NCBI GenBank assembly: GCA_038064775.1 | Contig: JBBTSG010000014.1 | Span: forward strand, 26,708 to 68,715 | Direction of reading: 5' to 3' | DNA: 42,008 nt | Origin: Patescibacteria group bacterium | Lineage (GTDB): Bacteria > Patescibacteriota > Minisyncoccia > UBA6257 > GWB1-50-10 | Part shown: positions 1 through 8,875 of the stretch, one piece after another | How the letters are laid out: every line of letters starts with the position of its first letter | Position numbering within the stretch: the first letter of the stretch is position 1 | Notes under the pieces: generated by a model | Database searches by the model: none | Seen by the model: the letters and a program-made list of their open reading frames with translations, nothing else | Told to the model about the DNA's origin: nothing | Translations under genes and position numbers: made by a program

Positions 1-27
1 GGCGGGAAGGTTAAAGAGGTATAAAAA

Positions 28-52
28 AACCGAGGATAAAATATCCTCGGTT
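28..52. terminator. Intrinsic terminator hairpin downstream of ORF 58..306
   Basis: AACCGAGGATA/TATCCTCGGTT perfect inverted repeat; the A-run on + gives a U-tail on -. Confidence 0.75.
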
Positions 53-57
53 GTTGT

Positions 58-306
58 TTAAACTCTTTCATGCTCTGGTACTTTCGATCGGCCGGGTAGA
101 TCGCGCGCATCAATAGGTTTATTACCAACTTTAATTGGTTCGGGAGAATTGTTCAAAAAATGCCGTTTTATTTCCGCGCCAGTTACCGGTCCGATAACGC
201 CAGCTTCGTTGAACATGGCCGTATCGCCAGCCGGACAATCGCAAGGCAAATCATTATTGCCAGTTTCAATTACGCCAGAGCCGTTACATTCTGTGCATTT
301 TGGCAT
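58..306 (-). CDS. Hypothetical protein, N-terminal Cys motifs (CxxC...CxC), possible Zn-binding
   Basis: 82-aa ORF with AAAGGA SD-like site upstream and its own terminator. Confidence 0.65.
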   Translation of the reverse strand: MPKCTECNGSGVIETGNNDLPCDCPAGDTAMFNEAGVIGPVTGAEIKRHFLNNSPEPIKVGNKPIDARDLPGRSKVPEHERV

Positions 307-422
307 TACATCACCATCCTTTCTTATTTGTTTTTGTGAATGAACTTAAAATAATATTACTATTAATTTTATTATTATATCAAGCTAGTCCGCCAACTTT
401 CCTGCCTACGCAAGTAGAAAAT

Positions 423-453
423 AAAAAGGTGTTCAAAATCGAACACCTTTTTT
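423..453. terminator. Intrinsic terminator hairpin
   Basis: AAAAAGGTGTTC/GAACACCTTTTT inverted repeat. Confidence 0.75.
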
Positions 454-468
454 CTTCAATGTATTAAG

Positions 469-672
469 TTAAGGAATTATTGATTCTATTGATTCCAAAG
501 CTCTTTTCTTTGCTTTCTCTTTGCAAGAATCTGAGTCACAACAGCGAATAGCAGCCACATGCCCTTCTTTTGCGCACACTGCCTCAAGTGTTGCTTCTCT
601 TAAACAGTAAAAACATTCTTTTTTTTGGTCTGCCGACTTTGGCCGGAAAGTCACTTCTAACGCTTCATTCAT
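469..672 (-). CDS. Small Cys-rich hypothetical protein (CFYC...CC...C)
   Basis: Start moved to ATG at 672 (MNEALEV), which is preceded by AAGGAG; TTGACA promoter upstream. Confidence 0.65.
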   Translation of the reverse strand: MNEALEVTFRPKSADQKKECFYCLREATLEAVCAKEGHVAAIRCCDSDSCKEKAKKRALESIESIIP

Positions 673-763
673 AAAATATCTCCTTAAGTTGTGAAAGTTT
701 GTAAAATTGACAATTACTCTAAATTCAATGCTATCAGATTTATACTTACTTGTCAATATAACC

Positions 764-2035
764 TTACCAATTTCGGTGGGGAAATCTTTTTCTCTCGCCT
801 TGGCCCGGCGGACCGAAAGAACGGCGCGCGCCCTGGCCGGACGAGCTAAAACGAGAACTAGGACGGCGGCCGCGATTAGAGCGTTCTATTGTTTCCGGAA
901 TTTTGTCGCTTTTCCGCGCTGGCGGAAGTTCGGGCAGTTTTGAAAGCGGCAAAGTAACGCGAATTAATCGCTCAATCGCCTTTACGTCACTCCGCTCGTC
1001 TGGCGTGGCGAATGAAATTGCGTGTCCCACGCCGCCTGCTCGGGCCGTTCGGCCGATACGATGAACATAATCTTCGGCAGTGCTCGGCAAATCGAAATTT
1101 AATACAAGCTCAATCCCCTTCACGTCTATTCCCCGCGCGGCAATATCAGTGGCAACTAGCACACGATATTTGCCGTTCTTGAAGCCTTCAAGCGCTTCGC
1201 GGCGTTGTAAGAGTGACCTGTTTGAATGAATCTCGGCGGCGGAGTAGCCCATTCCGCGAATGTTTGTGGTGATTTTCCGCGCGCCGTGTTTTGTTCGTGA
1301 AAAAACAAGCACCGAGCCTTTATATTCAAAAAGAATTTTTTCGAGCAAGCGCGGCTTGTCATGCCTATCTAAAAAGAAGAGTTCGTGGGTGACTTTTTCC
1401 ACAGTTGTGCCCGGCGGCGCAATTTCAATGCGGGTGGGAGTTTTCATATATTTTCTCGCGATCGTGATTATGTCTTCCGGCATCGTGGCCGAAAAAAGCA
1501 TGGTTTGCCGTTCGCGCGGCACAGCACTTAAAATAATTTTAAGTTGTGGCGCAAAACCCATATCAAGCATTCTGTCCGCTTCATCAAGCACAAGTATTGA
1601 AACAGAGTTAAGTTTAAGAGTTTTTTGATTAAGATGATCGATAATTCTTCCGGGCGTGCCGATTATAATTTGAGGATCTCTTTTAAGCGCTTGAATTTGC
1701 CGGAATATTGCCTCCCCGCCGATTAAAAGCGCCGTTCGCAGGCCGAATTGCGTGCCAATTTTATGAAGAACTTCTTGAACTTGCAGGGCGAGTTCCCGCG
1801 TAGGCAAAACTACTAATCCGTTTTTTCCTTTAAGCGAGGATTGAATCATCGGGATGCCAAATGCTAAAGTTTTTCCGGTGCCAGTTTGCGCTATGCCAAT
1901 TAAATCTTTTCCTTCGATTGCCGAAGGAATGGATTTTTTTTGAATCGGCGTGGGAATTTTAAAACCAAGTTTATCAAGTGCGCTTAAAATATTCGGAGCA
2001 ATGCCAAGCTCGTAAAAATCTGAGGAATTGTTCAT
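764..2035 (-). CDS. DEAD-box ATP-dependent RNA helicase (RhlE-like)
   Basis: Q motif, AQTGTGKT, PTRELA, TPGR, DEAD, SAT, ARGID, HRIGRTAR; basic C-terminal tail. Confidence 0.95.
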   Translation of the reverse strand: MNNSSDFYELGIAPNILSALDKLGFKIPTPIQKKSIPSAIEGKDLIGIAQTGTGKTLAFGIPMIQSSLKGKNGLVVLPTRELALQVQEVLHKIGTQFGLRTALLIGGEAIFRQIQALKRDPQIIIGTPGRIIDHLNQKTLKLNSVSILVLDEADRMLDMGFAPQLKIILSAVPRERQTMLFSATMPEDIITIARKYMKTPTRIEIAPPGTTVEKVTHELFFLDRHDKPRLLEKILFEYKGSVLVFSRTKHGARKITTNIRGMGYSAAEIHSNRSLLQRREALEGFKNGKYRVLVATDIAARGIDVKGIELVLNFDLPSTAEDYVHRIGRTARAGGVGHAISFATPDERSDVKAIERLIRVTLPLSKLPELPPARKSDKIPETIERSNRGRRPSSRFSSSGQGARRSFGPPGQGERKRFPHRNW

Positions 2036-2075
2036 TTCTAATACAATAGCACGGAAATCAGATCACTGGAAATAA

Positions 2076-2104
2076 AAAAGCGTTCCGATTTTTGGAACGC
2101 TTTT
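2076..2104. terminator. Intrinsic terminator downstream of ORF 2125..3384
   Basis: AAAAGCGTTCC/GGAACGCTTTT inverted repeat. Confidence 0.75.
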
Positions 2105-2124
2105 GCGTTATTAAAAACTACTCG

Positions 2125-3384
2125 TTATTTCGCGAAAGGCCGGCAAACTTTAGCCTTCATTCCCCAAAAACTCAACTGAAATCTGGTTTTAATATTAACC
2201 TTCGGAAGAATTTTCTTAACATCAACGGATAGAGGAATGTTTTCGAGAGAAATATTGGCTCGAAGATTCTCGAAATAAACCCTATCCTCAGTTAATATTT
2301 GCTCTGTTTTCATTCGATTTCTTTCAGTCAATTTTTCAATCGCTCTTTGTTCGCGTTTTTCTTTCCATTCTTTTGTCATTATTTTCTTCATTATAAAGAA
2401 AAGCAGAAGAAACAGCACAAAAATAAAGGCCATACTAACAACCACAAAAGAAACTACTCCTAAATTTTGAATTATGTAAGTAGTAATCCCAGCTACCACT
2501 AAAGAAAGAGAAAGAAAAATGTATGGGACGGCCAAGATAGGAATATGCCTCATTGTTTTTTCATTGCCCCATTTTCGCCACGAGAATTCACTGCCAAATC
2601 GGTAAAGATTCATTTCTGAATTATCTATATCGATCCAGCTATTCAAGATGTTTTTAAACACAGGAATTGGCTGATAGCCTAAGAATAAAAGAAATGAAGA
2701 TCCGATCAGTGTGTAGAACGTTCCAATAAGACCGATAATTAGGCGCCCGATAATAAGTAAGGGTGGCTGTAACGTAAAAGCAAAAAGCTTTCTTTTACGG
2801 TAAGCACATTGGTCAATCGGTGGTCTTTTAAACCAACGATTTACCCAGTCCCAAATGAACTGACCGAAAACCGTTTTTGGCTTTTCAGCAAAAAGTTCCG
2901 CCGGCACTTCGAATTCGACAGCAACTGCAGCAGAAAAAGTATTTTCAGAATTTTCTTTAACGCTTTTCCCTACCATACCGTAGTTAATGGACATATCATA
3001 ATACGAATCTTCGTCCTTTTTTATATAGAGCCTGACGTTCTTTAGAGCTGTCTCCTTATCACCACAAAAAACAATGGCGATAAAATGGTGCTGTCCTGGT
3101 CTACATAACTGGATATAGCCAACCAAATCCTCCACTGGGAAAGTATGACGACGACCATGATAGTAATTTATTATTTCTTTGAATTCATTGAAAGATATGT
3201 CATTGTGCTCGCAAATTAATATGTATCGCGGTTTTTTCTCGATTAATTCATCGGAAAAATGCCATTCTACCGGCACGGTTGCCGTATCGAGAATATTACT
3301 CCCGCCATTCAAAACTAGCTTAATGTCGGGCGTAACTTGTTTTTCTTGACTTTGTTTCTTCGTAACAGATTTAACTGTACTCAT
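2125..3384 (-). CDS. Hypothetical membrane protein (soluble N-domain, about 3-4 TM segments, charged C-terminus)
   Basis: 419-aa ORF, AAGGAG SD, TTGACA promoter at 3467-3472, hydrophobic stretches. Confidence 0.8.
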   Translation of the reverse strand: MSTVKSVTKKQSQEKQVTPDIKLVLNGGSNILDTATVPVEWHFSDELIEKKPRYILICEHNDISFNEFKEIINYYHGRRHTFPVEDLVGYIQLCRPGQHHFIAIVFCGDKETALKNVRLYIKKDEDSYYDMSINYGMVGKSVKENSENTFSAAVAVEFEVPAELFAEKPKTVFGQFIWDWVNRWFKRPPIDQCAYRKRKLFAFTLQPPLLIIGRLIIGLIGTFYTLIGSSFLLFLGYQPIPVFKNILNSWIDIDNSEMNLYRFGSEFSWRKWGNEKTMRHIPILAVPYIFLSLSLVVAGITTYIIQNLGVVSFVVVSMAFIFVLFLLLFFIMKKIMTKEWKEKREQRAIEKLTERNRMKTEQILTEDRVYFENLRANISLENIPLSVDVKKILPKVNIKTRFQLSFWGMKAKVCRPFAK

Positions 3385-3502
3385 GATAAATCTCCTTATT
3401 TTATTGTTAAAAGAATTAGTTAATTTTTCTAAAACTGAACTAAGACTAGCATATAATATGCTAATTTGTCAATAGTAGCTAAGATACTAAATTTTTAGCC
3501 GT

Positions 3503-3976
3503 TTAACCGAGTAAATTTCTTAGTTTCGGAAATTTTGCGCAAATCGGCAAATTCGCGCACCAATTTTCCAATCCCCAAACTCGGCCAGCGTGAGTGGCGG
3601 CGAAAAACAATAAAGCGAAGATAAAAATAATATGCTCATCAACAAGATAGCCGTTCGTGACAAATGGCAAAGCGTTCGCCGGCAAATAATAAAGGAGCAT
3701 TAAAACGGCGCCGAGAACGGAACTTAATCGGACAAACAAACCTAAAATCAGCGAAACGCCCAAAAGCGCGAGTCCCCATTCGTTTACGAAATTTATCAGC
3801 GGTAAAATCGCCGGACTGGCAAGCCAACCGTAAAAACCGGCAAAGGTTTTAGCATGCGTTAAATAACCTGCCGCTGACCAATCAGAGTTTAAAATTTTAA
3901 CTAGGCCAGCGTAGAAAAAAAGCCAACCCAAGCTAATCCGCAAAAGAAAAAGTGATATTTTTTCAAATTTTGTCAT
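3503..3976 (-). CDS. DoxX family membrane protein
   Basis: LLRISLGWLFFYAGLVK, GLALLGVSLILGLFVRL and the DEH motif; four TM helices. Confidence 0.85.
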   Translation of the reverse strand: MTKFEKISLFLLRISLGWLFFYAGLVKILNSDWSAAGYLTHAKTFAGFYGWLASPAILPLINFVNEWGLALLGVSLILGLFVRLSSVLGAVLMLLYYLPANALPFVTNGYLVDEHIIFIFALLFFAATHAGRVWGLENWCANLPICAKFPKLRNLLG

Positions 3977-3977
3977 T

Positions 3978-4205
3978 TTAATTATTAATGAGTTTTTCTT
4001 TAGCTACTTCTTTTTTTGACCGTTTGCTCCAAATATAGATGTAGAGAATTTCTAGGATTCCTGCGAGGTTTACGATTAAAAGAGCGATAAACCAATTTTT
4101 ATCACCGCGGCGGGCGGCGCGCCAGAGAGCTATTCCCTTCCAAACTAAAGTCCAAACGACTAACGGATAAAAGAGCGGATTATTTATTAAAGCTTGCGTA
4201 TCCAT
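3978..4205 (-). CDS. DUF5652-like small membrane protein
   Basis: WTLVWKGIALWRAAR...WFIALLIVNLAGILEILY pattern. Confidence 0.8.
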   Translation of the reverse strand: MDTQALINNPLFYPLVVWTLVWKGIALWRAARRGDKNWFIALLIVNLAGILEILYIYIWSKRSKKEVAKEKLINN

Positions 4206-4224
4206 AAGATTATTTTAGCATAAT

Positions 4225-5415
4225 TTAAACATAAAGTCGGATAAGTTCCTCAAATTTCGGCAAACGATGAGAAACGGGGGCGCCTATTTTTACGCCGTAA
4301 ACGCCTGCCGCTTTGGCGATTTGAATGATAAAAGAGTCGTCGGTTTCACCGGAGCGGTGAGAAACAACGCATTTTAAGTTCCGGTTATGAGCCATATTAA
4401 TCGCCGCGCAGGTTTCGGTGAGCGAACCGATTTGGTTCGGTTTGATAATCACGCCGTTTATAAGTCCATTTGAGGCGCAATTAGCGATTATTTCCGTATT
4501 AGTAGTTGTTAAGTCATCGCCAATAATTAGTTTTTCCGGCATCACCTTCATGAGCGATTTAAAGCCGGTTTCGTCAATTTCCGCGAACGGATCTTCAATG
4601 GAATAAAGCGCCGACAGTTTAGCGAAATAACCTATGTAAACTTCCCGTAATTCTTCTCGGCTGATTTTCTTTTCTTCAAAATAATAATCCCCTTCTTTAT
4701 TGAATTCGGAAGCGGCGGCATCAATGCCAAGCAAGAATTTATTTTTGAGACCGGCTGATTCAATTTGTTTGTTCAAAAATAGGAGCGGCTCTAAATTGCT
4801 TTTGAATTTCGGCGCGTAGCCACCCTCGTCGCCCAAAGGAATATTTTCAAGTTTATATTCCTTTTTTAGCGCCACGCCTAAATTTTTGTAAAAATCTTTT
4901 AGTTCACTGATTGTTTCTTCCACGGAATTAATCGGCCGGGCAAGAACAAGATATTCTTGGAAATTAAGGTTGTTTTTGGCGTGAGCGCCGCCGTTAATAA
5001 GATTCGAAAAAATAACCGGCGGCTCGTCGCTAACATTTTTGAAAAATTCTTGCCGCAATATTTGCCACGGCTCTTTTTTTGCCGCCGCGGCGAGCGCTCG
5101 GCTAAAAGCGATAGAAATTCCCAAAATCAAATTACCGCCGAATTGTTTTTTGTTTGACGTGCCATCTAAATCAATCAAGAATCTATCAAGATTTTCGATG
5201 GTTTCAAAATCCTTATCTTGGATTTCTTTCTTTATTTCGCCGGCTTTTTTAGATGCTTCAGCTGGCGATAAAACACAAACCTCGTTTGCGCCGCGGCTTT
5301 TGCCGGAAGGAATTTTGGCGACAAAACTTCCGTCTGAGGTTTTTAGCTCAACTTCAATTGTCGGCTCACCACGTGAGTCGGTAATTTCCTTTACTCTAAT
5401 CGCTTCAATTTTCAT
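4225..5415 (-). CDS. eno: Enolase (divergent, shortened)
   Basis: DSRGEPTIEV, INGGAHA, FQEY, GDEGG, SIEDPF, IKPNQIG, SHRSGET. Confidence 0.92.
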   Translation of the reverse strand: MKIEAIRVKEITDSRGEPTIEVELKTSDGSFVAKIPSGKSRGANEVCVLSPAEASKKAGEIKKEIQDKDFETIENLDRFLIDLDGTSNKKQFGGNLILGISIAFSRALAAAAKKEPWQILRQEFFKNVSDEPPVIFSNLINGGAHAKNNLNFQEYLVLARPINSVEETISELKDFYKNLGVALKKEYKLENIPLGDEGGYAPKFKSNLEPLLFLNKQIESAGLKNKFLLGIDAAASEFNKEGDYYFEEKKISREELREVYIGYFAKLSALYSIEDPFAEIDETGFKSLMKVMPEKLIIGDDLTTTNTEIIANCASNGLINGVIIKPNQIGSLTETCAAINMAHNRNLKCVVSHRSGETDDSFIIQIAKAAGVYGVKIGAPVSHRLPKFEELIRLYV

Positions 5416-5427
5416 TCGGTCTAAATT

Positions 5428-6432
5428 TTACGACGTGAGATTAGTCGGACGCCCGGCAACAAACGCTTTAATATTTTCTATCGTTATTTCTAAAATTCTT
5501 TGCATCGCTTCTTTTGAATTAAAAGCATTATGCGGTGTGATTAAAACATTCGGCATTTTCATCAAAATATGATTTTCGAGAATTATTCTGAATTCTTCTT
5601 TATTAATTTTGTTTTTCATCAGTAATTCCAATTCTTCTTTGGTTTCACCCTCTTCTTCTAAAACATCAAGCGCCACGCCGGCAAGAATTTTTTTATCCAA
5701 AGCCATTACAAGCGCGTCTGTTTCCACAAGGCCGCCACGGGCAGTATTCACTAAATAAGCTCCTTTTTTAATAAATAAAATATTTTTTTTATTGATGAGG
5801 TGGTGAGTGTCTTTATTGTAAGGAGCGTGAAGAGTGATGAAATCAGAATTTTTTAAGAGTTCTTCAAGTGGAACATATTGAAAATCTATTTCTTTCGCGA
5901 AATCTTTATTTGGAAAAGGATCGTAAGCTAAAACATTCAAGCCAAAACCTTTGGCAATTTTTATCGCTTGCTTGCCAATTCGGCCAGTACCGACAATGCC
6001 GATAGTTTTTCCCGCCAAATCCACGCCTCGCAAACCTTCTTGTTTAAAATCACAATATTCTTTAACTTCATCAATCGCCTGATAAATTTTTCTAGTTAAG
6101 TTTAAAAGCAGGCCGAAAGCGTATTCAGCAACGGTGTTATCGCCATAGCCAGGCACGTAAGCGACCGCAATCCCCTTTTTCTTACAAGCCGCTAAATCAA
6201 CATGATCAAAACCAACTGAGCGAGTGGTTATAAATTTCAAATTTGGCATTTTTGCTATAACTTTAGCGGTCACTGGCGAGCCAACAAAAACGGAAATAAT
6301 ATCAAAGTCCGTTTGCGTTGGTATATTGTTTTCAGAAAGCTTATCGGCGGTAAAGAAAAAATCAGCGTCAGGAAAATTCTTGCGGAGAATTGCTTCTTCC
6401 CATCCTTCCGACCCAAAAAACCCTATTTTCAT
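5428..6432 (-). CDS. D-isomer-specific 2-hydroxyacid dehydrogenase (D-lactate/glycerate dehydrogenase-like)
   Basis: RSVGFDH, GIVGTGRIG, NTARG, LDVLEEE, TPHNAF; start moved to ATG 6432 (MKIGFFG), which removes the overlap with the + strand gene. Confidence 0.92.
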   Translation of the reverse strand: MKIGFFGSEGWEEAILRKNFPDADFFFTADKLSENNIPTQTDFDIISVFVGSPVTAKVIAKMPNLKFITTRSVGFDHVDLAACKKKGIAVAYVPGYGDNTVAEYAFGLLLNLTRKIYQAIDEVKEYCDFKQEGLRGVDLAGKTIGIVGTGRIGKQAIKIAKGFGLNVLAYDPFPNKDFAKEIDFQYVPLEELLKNSDFITLHAPYNKDTHHLINKKNILFIKKGAYLVNTARGGLVETDALVMALDKKILAGVALDVLEEEGETKEELELLMKNKINKEEFRIILENHILMKMPNVLITPHNAFNSKEAMQRILEITIENIKAFVAGRPTNLTS

Positions 6433-6483
6433 ATTCTTCCATTTTAATCTATTTTGATTTAAACTGAAAACGTCAAAGTTCCT

Positions 6484-7488
6484 ATGGCAAACGACACAAC
6501 CATAATTAAGAGAAGCCCTTTTATCCTTATTAGGACTTTCGTGGCAATCGAGTTTATGGCCTTTTTCGCCTATTATCTTTCGACTGGCCACGGCAGCTAT
6601 AAGTCGGAATTTTATAATACGTTGTTTTTACACAATCTTCTTTCTTATGAAATTGCCAAAATACTGTTTCTATCCAGCGCCCAGCTTTTAATCACTATCT
6701 ACGCTTTCGTTCGTTGGTATACTGAATCTTACTCCGTTCGTCCGGGCACGCTTGCCCACCAATGGGGTGTTTTTTTTAAAAAAGATAAGACCATTCCTTT
6801 GAACAAATCAATGACTGTTACGGTTTCTTCAAATCCTTTCGGAAAATGGTTCCACTACGGTTCGATTAATATTGAGAATGGTTCGCAAAACTCTTCAGCT
6901 GTTCTCACTGGTATTTCGCGGCCGGCTGATGTTATGAAAAGTATTGAGCGGTGCATTAATCCACAAAATAATCATTTTGCCGAGCCGGACGTACCGCGAC
7001 TTCTTAAGGCTGACGAGCATGAACGACTTGAATTTAAATCATCACTCCGCTTCGATCACAAAAATGGCAACGTGAACCGCGAATTAGAATGGGCAACAAT
7101 GAAAACAATCGCGGCTTTTTTGAACACTAAGGGCGGCGAAATTGTGCTTGGCGTGAGCGACCGGCGCGAACCGGTTGGGCTTTTGAGCGATTATCGAACT
7201 TTGCGGCGGCCGGACAGCGACGGCTTTGAAAATCATTTTACTCAAGTATTTAATATGATGATCGGGCCGGAATTCCGACACCTTGTGAAACTTTGGTTTA
7301 ATCGGTTAGGCAATGACGAACTCTGTGTTATACAAGTGGCGCCGAGCGCCCGGCCGGTTTATTTGAAAATTGATGATAACGAACATTTTTACGTTCGCAC
7401 CGGAAACGTGACAACGCCACTAAAATTAAGCGAAGTGGAAGTTTATCGCCGCTCGCGCTGGCCGAGCCGCATTACTCAAAGCGCTTAA
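6484..7488 (+). CDS. Membrane-anchored protein: 2 TM + bacterial PH-like (bPH_2) domain + C-terminal Schlafen/AlbA_2 domain
   Basis: EHERLEFKSS...IAAFLNTKGGEIVLGVSD...FYVRTGN is the AlbA_2 signature; WYTESYSV...GVFFKK...PFGKWFHYGSI resembles bPH_2. Confidence 0.8.
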   Translation: MANDTTIIKRSPFILIRTFVAIEFMAFFAYYLSTGHGSYKSEFYNTLFLHNLLSYEIAKILFLSSAQLLITIYAFVRWYTESYSVRPGTLAHQWGVFFKKDKTIPLNKSMTVTVSSNPFGKWFHYGSINIENGSQNSSAVLTGISRPADVMKSIERCINPQNNHFAEPDVPRLLKADEHERLEFKSSLRFDHKNGNVNRELEWATMKTIAAFLNTKGGEIVLGVSDRREPVGLLSDYRTLRRPDSDGFENHFTQVFNMMIGPEFRHLVKLWFNRLGNDELCVIQVAPSARPVYLKIDDNEHFYVRTGNVTTPLKLSEVEVYRRSRWPSRITQSA

Positions 7489-7517
7489 ATTGAAACGCGC
7501 TTTTTTGTTCAAATAAA

Positions 7518-7548
7518 AAACCGCTCTGAGTTTTTCGAAGAGCGGTTT
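7518..7548. repeat. Family-A tandem-GA hairpin forming a bidirectional terminator
   Basis: AAACCGCTCTGAGTTTTTCGAAGAGCGGTTT. Confidence 0.8.
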
Positions 7549-7900
7549 ATTTCAAAAATTGTTTGAAATTTGTGAGTATTCCATCATCAGCGCGGAGGCC
7601 GGTCGGTGTTATTTTCATAAACCAATCGTTTATTTCAATGAACTTTCCGACTTCTTTTCTAAGCTTGAGCCAGAGAATTATAAATCCGACAAAGGCCGAA
7701 TGATCGCTTGCTGGCAGGCTGTATGGTTTCTCGCGCGATCCAAGGCCGTAAACGAAACGGTGTTCAACAGAAGGATCGAGAACTCTCACGTCCCTCTTTT
7801 TGCCTTCAAGTTCGGCTGTTTCAAATTTTTTTTTGCCTTTTCTTGTCGCAACATGAATGCTGTTTGTACAAATCCAAATATTCATCCGTTCGGAAGTCAT
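7547..7900 (-). CDS. Hypothetical protein
   Basis: 117-aa ORF with GAAAGGT SD-like site upstream; ends at the terminator. Confidence 0.6.
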   Translation of the reverse strand: MTSERMNIWICTNSIHVATRKGKKKFETAELEGKKRDVRVLDPSVEHRFVYGLGSREKPYSLPASDHSAFVGFIILWLKLRKEVGKFIEINDWFMKITPTGLRADDGILTNFKQFLK

Positions 7901-8041
7901 AACTTATCTACCTTTCTTATCTTTAGTTTTTATTGTTCTGAGCAAAGCATAAGTTCTCTCTAAAAAATTGTCAAAAATTACCCTATTTCGTATATAATAG
8001 TAGTAGCGTAAATTAACATAATTTAGATTAGGAGCGTAAAT

Positions 8042-8458
8042 ATGAAAATCCCAGCGCGACCGGATGAAATACAGAAAAGATTTGAAGGCAAAATAGCGGG
8101 TAGGCCAGGTGAAGGATTCGCGGAAGTTATTACACAAAGCAAAAACGGTAAAGATGTTCCGGACTGCTGGTGCCCGAAATGCGGCAAACTTGCTAGCACG
8201 TTAGAACATGGCAGCAGGAATATAGGTTTCAGAAGATTTGACTATCCCCGCTTTATTTGTAATGATTGCAGCCTTATTTATTTCAATAAATCAGTTGTTA
8301 AAAATCTTTTGCGTGAATATTTTTCGTCTCGCAGTCTTCACACAAAAGGAGAATTCGCCAGCGCTTGGCGCATTATAAATGCCGAAATCGAAGAATTTAA
8401 AAAATGGTGGAGAGAACACGGTTGGAAAATAGCTATTTTCAAAAGAAAAGCGCCCTGA
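8042..8458 (+). CDS. Hypothetical protein with Zn-ribbon (CPKC...CNDC)
   Basis: AGGAG SD; its TGA stop is supplied by the family-A repeat. Confidence 0.7.
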   Translation: MKIPARPDEIQKRFEGKIAGRPGEGFAEVITQSKNGKDVPDCWCPKCGKLASTLEHGSRNIGFRRFDYPRFICNDCSLIYFNKSVVKNLLREYFSSRSLHTKGEFASAWRIINAEIEEFKKWWREHGWKIAIFKRKAP

Positions 8459-8478
8459 GTTTATCGAAGGGCGTTTTT
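8446..8478 (+). repeat. Family-A hairpin/terminator
   Basis: AAAAGCGCCCTGAGTTTATCGAAGGGCGTTTTT. Confidence 0.85.
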
Positions 8479-8484
8479 ATTTTA

Positions 8485-8703
8485 TTATGAGATCTCAAAA
8501 ATTTTTTCTTTGGAAGTGGCGCCAGATACAAGCCGCACGCAATAAAACGGCAATTTAAAATATTCGGCAAGCGCTTTTACGATAGCCACGTTTGCCCTTC
8601 CTTCTCTCGGCGGTTCTTTTACTTTAACAATAAATTCTGTTTCACTAACTTTAAATACACCTTCGATTTTTGACGCTGGCCGAGCTTTTACAGATATTTT
8701 CAT
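8485..8703 (-). CDS. DUF167/YggU family protein
   Basis: VKVKEPPREGRAN...LVSGATSKEK. Confidence 0.9.
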   Translation of the reverse strand: MKISVKARPASKIEGVFKVSETEFIVKVKEPPREGRANVAIVKALAEYFKLPFYCVRLVSGATSKEKIFEIS

Positions 8704-8875
8704 ATCTTTAAAATTATTTCTTCAAAAACGGTGAGAAGCGATACTTGCTAAGCAGTAAAGAGATATTGTAACTAAGCTTAAAATTATTTCCATAAAATTT
8801 GTATTTATTACCCTTCATAGATAAAAACGAACCAACTGGGAGTTAGTTACACATATAAGGGCTATGGTAATGTTT

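Noticed and set aside
7559-7963. 134-aa plus-strand ORF and other antisense ORFs inside long genes
   Set aside because: They overlap better-supported genes on the opposite strand and have no motifs or RBS
8704-8875. 23-codon ORF (MEIILSLVTISLYCLASIASHRF) and a 13-bp direct repeat between ppsA and the DUF167 gene
   Set aside because: Short and AT-rich with no supporting signal
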